Source of the DNA: Fibrobacter sp.
Lineage (GTDB): Bacteria > Fibrobacterota > Fibrobacteria > Fibrobacterales > Fibrobacteraceae
Length of the DNA: 64,000 nt
Assembly: GCA_017530965.1 (NCBI GenBank)
Contig: JAFXLS010000156.1
Coordinates: 4,410-68,409, forward strand
Direction of reading: 5' to 3'
In this document: piece after piece, positions 61,666 through 64,000 of the stretch
Layout: each line of letters starts with the position of its first letter
How positions within the stretch are numbered: position 1 is the stretch's first letter
The notes under the pieces: generated by a model
Told to the model about the DNA's origin: nothing
The model's input: only the letters and a program-made list of their open reading frames with translations
Database searches by the model: none
Made by a program: the position numbers and the translations under genes

Positions 61666-62508
61666 TTAATCCTCCCTAAACCAGACATTCAAAACATCAT
61701 GCAACATCTGTGAATCAAACCGTTCATAGTCATCTCCCGCAAGGATGTCAGCAAAATTGTCTAGATAATTCTGAACTTCTTCACAGTATTTTTCGGGATC
61801 CTCTTCATACTGTGTAAAATAAGCTTTATAGTCTCTAGAATGACAATGAACAGTCCCATACTCCTCACCAAAGAGGATATGGTCGACAAAGGTGCTGATT
61901 TTTTTCAGAGCCTTGTCGGCATCCCCGCTATTGTTGATATTCAGATTTTCAGAATCTTCCGCCAAATCATCGTAGTAGAACGTCTTCATCAATTCTTGAC
62001 GGGCCTGTTTCTTGGCTTCGGTAAAGCTCATTCCTTTCTTTATCAAAGCAAGCGTGCGATCGTATTCCAAATGCGTCAGCACATTCACATTAATTTGCTC
62101 TCGATTGTTAATATCAGACAAAGCCCTCAGACTGACTTGGCACACTGAATTTTCAGCCGTCTTTTCTCTTTTATAGTAACCAGTAGCTTCAAGCCTTACA
62201 TATTGGCTTTCCAAATTGAGACCATCAATTTGGAAGTCGCCAGAATCGCTGCGGATCGTCGCATAGAACATCCTACCCGTCGGCCTGAAGTTTCCCTCTG
62301 CCGAAGTTTCCTTGAGGACGATGCTGGAACCCGTCACGAACGGGCCCTTCTGTACGACGCCTGCAAGATTCTTGTCCACAATAGCAACAACGCCTTCACT
62401 CTCTTCGCTGGTGCCAGCCATTTCTGTGGAGCAGGCAACCATCATTGCACCGAGCGCAAGTGCCGCCCCAAGCCATTTTTTCATATTCAAATTATACAGT
62501 TCAAACAT
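61666..62508 (-). CDS. Short QKGPF-domain lipoprotein
   Basis: MVAC lipobox, VQKGPFVTGS and INVNVLTHLEY motifs. Confidence 0.82.
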   Translation of the reverse strand: MFELYNLNMKKWLGAALALGAMMVACSTEMAGTSEESEGVVAIVDKNLAGVVQKGPFVTGSSIVLKETSAEGNFRPTGRMFYATIRSDSGDFQIDGLNLESQYVRLEATGYYKREKTAENSVCQVSLRALSDINNREQINVNVLTHLEYDRTLALIKKGMSFTEAKKQARQELMKTFYYDDLAEDSENLNINNSGDADKALKKISTFVDHILFGEEYGTVHCHSRDYKAYFTQYEEDPEKYCEEVQNYLDNFADILAGDDYERFDSQMLHDVLNVWFRED

Positions 62509-62510
62509 CT

Positions 62511-63365
62511 TTATGCTCCTTTACCCGACGTGGACTTGCCACGATTCAAATTCTCTGTCAGAGGGAAAAACTGGAAATTGAGTCTGCACACTTTATCCGG
62601 GCGCTGTTCATCCGCAACCATCGAAATAATGTGCTTGCGGAATTCCGCAATTTCGTCGACAACCTTCTGGTAGGTTTCTTGCGTCACGCCCATAGTAATT
62701 CCGCTAAAGTGGCGTTCCGAAATTGGCAACTTGTCAAGCGCCTCGAGAGCAAACTCGCCCATTTGGCGAAGCAGCGAATGGACCGCGACAACGACCACAT
62801 TCAAGCGACCCGTACTGAGCGAACGATGCGTTTGACGGTAATTGCCCTTAATATCGCGCGTAAGCAGTCCCGACTTCAAAAGAAAACTGAGGCTTGCGCT
62901 CACGTCAGCAGCCGAAATCGGGAACTTGCATGCCTTGGCAATTTCATTCGGTTTTGCCCCCGGCATCGCAATAGCAAGTTCACGCACCACGGAATGCTTC
63001 CATGTTTCGTAGAAGGTGTACAAGTCGCTCCCCAGAATCTTAACATGGTGAGCGGCACTTAACGCCTGCATTTCCTCGAAGCATTTCTTTTTCTGGACAT
63101 CCGTCTTCGCATTTTCGTAGCGGACCATCAAAATGAAATAATCGTACTCAAAGCCGAGTAGTCCCATGGCAAGCGCCGTCTTCTTTGCTCCATCCTCCAA
63201 CAGACGAGTCTTGCCGTCGCATACAAGCTTCAAATACGATCCCGAGGCAAAGCCAGCGAGTTTCGCAAATTCGCGCCAGGTAAATGCAGAACAACGTTTC
63301 CGTTCGGTATAGTAGTCCTGAATGTACTGGCGATAGTCTTTATATTCAACAACTGATTTCATCAT
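62511..63365 (-). CDS. TIGR02147/DUF4423-like protein with N-terminal HTH
   Basis: MKSVVEYKDYR..FTWREFAKLAGFASGSYLKLVCDGK and VCRLNFQFFP motifs. Confidence 0.85.
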   Translation of the reverse strand: MMKSVVEYKDYRQYIQDYYTERKRCSAFTWREFAKLAGFASGSYLKLVCDGKTRLLEDGAKKTALAMGLLGFEYDYFILMVRYENAKTDVQKKKCFEEMQALSAAHHVKILGSDLYTFYETWKHSVVRELAIAMPGAKPNEIAKACKFPISAADVSASLSFLLKSGLLTRDIKGNYRQTHRSLSTGRLNVVVVAVHSLLRQMGEFALEALDKLPISERHFSGITMGVTQETYQKVVDEIAEFRKHIISMVADEQRPDKVCRLNFQFFPLTENLNRGKSTSGKGA

Positions 63366-63371
63366 GTCTAA

Positions 63372-63511
63372 AAAATAGATAATCAAAACACTGCATGCAA
63401 CATTTTCTAAAAAACAAATTTGGCGAAATTTTGCAAATTTCAAATATTTTTAAAACAATTTGAAAAAAATTCAATTTCATAAAACAAAACAAACGAACAT
63501 ATAAAACAAAA
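63372..63511 (-). promoter_or_regulatory. Promoter region D with direct-repeat boxes
   Basis: (T/A)AAAACAAA at 63410, 63480 and 63502 (spacing 70 and 22); extra copy near 63451; AT-rich, so less certain. Confidence 0.55.
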
Positions 63512-63543
63512 AAGGAACCCCCGGCGATTGCCGAGGGTTTCCT
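63507..63543 (-). terminator. Intrinsic terminator downstream of the decarboxylase beta gene
   Basis: AGGAACCCCCGGC/GCCGAGGGTTTCCT imperfect stem with A-tract. Confidence 0.7.
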
Positions 63544-63556
63544 CATATTCGATTAT

Positions 63557-63595
63557 GGATCCCGTCGCGCGGCTTTCGCCTTGCTCCAGGATGAC
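63557..63595. repeat. REP-like palindromic element
   Basis: Minus strand GTCATCCTGGAGCAAGGCGAAAGCC...GGGATCC has the same ends as 43051-43091. Confidence 0.65.
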
Positions 63596-63602
63596 ACCCA
63601 GA

Positions 63603-64000
63603 CTACGAGAGTCTAGAAATCATGTAACCGGCGCAGACTGCGGTACCGATCACGCCAGCCACGTTCGGGCCCATGGCGTGCATCAGCAAGAAGTTCTGCG
63701 GGTCATACTTGGCACCTTCCACCTGAGAAACACGGGCGGCCATCGGCACGGCGGACACGCCAGCAGAACCGATGAGCGGATTCACAGGGTTGTTGGGAGT
63801 GCACTTGTTCATGATCTTAGCAAGGAAGAGGCCTGCTGCGGTCGAGAAACCGAAGGCAACCACACCCATAGCGATAATCATGAGGGTCTGCGGACGGAGG
63901 AAGATGTCAGCAGACATCGTGAGGCCCACGGAAGTACCGAGGAAGATCGTCACGATGTTCATGAGTTCGTTGGAGGAGGTCTTCACCAAGCGTTCGACAA
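63603..64000 (-). CDS. oadB: Na+-translocating decarboxylase beta subunit (3' part)
   Basis: [18 protein letters not shown] and [15 protein letters not shown] motifs; truncated by the window end; substrate specificity (oxaloacetate versus methylmalonyl-CoA) not determinable. Confidence 0.88.
   Translation of the reverse strand, partial: VERLVKTSSNELMNIVTIFLGTSVGLTMSADIFLRPQTLMIIAMGVVAFGFSTAAGLFLAKIMNKCTPNNPVNPLIGSAGVSAVPMAARVSQVEGAKYDPQNFLLMHAMGPNVAGVIGTAVCAGYMISRLS

Noticed and set aside
53100-63511. CRISPR array, integron attC sites or invertible promoters as the explanation for the intergenic repeats
   Set aside because: Repeats are only 8-9 bp, direct and three per site; no cas, integrase or invertase gene, no attC core sites, and no flanking inverted repeats other than terminators
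50512-63545. Integrative element or prophage at tRNA-His
   Set aside because: No integrase, phage or conjugation gene and no duplicated tRNA 3' end seen in the window; tandem expansion fits better

Overview
This 64-kb window looks like Fibrobacter chromosomal DNA, inferred from Fib_succ_major/FISUMP domains, TIGR02147-like paralogs and a GH9 cellulase with a basic C-terminal tail. Housekeeping genes are tex (partial), a preQ1-I riboswitch-queF-yhhQ unit, sstT, topB, dxr, a dacB fusion, aroA, tRNA-His and a partial oadB-like gene. Accessory blocks are a small-ORF/GNAT pair, three CotH-kinase lipoproteins, a 15-gene surface polysaccharide operon (16.3-32.5 kb), two Rpn/PD-(D/E)XK genes with internal in-frame start sites, and a GH9/clan-A hydrolase/esterase cluster. 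The most notable region is 50.6-63.5 kb, next to tRNA-His. It holds four terminator-bounded units of variable lipoproteins, three of them led by a TIGR02147-like HTH protein. Each unit has three direct-repeat boxes upstream at near-fixed spacing (about 70 and 22 bp) with 10-bp-phased T-tracts between them; the box sequence differs between the regulator-bearing units. All family assignments come from motif recognition by eye, not database searches.
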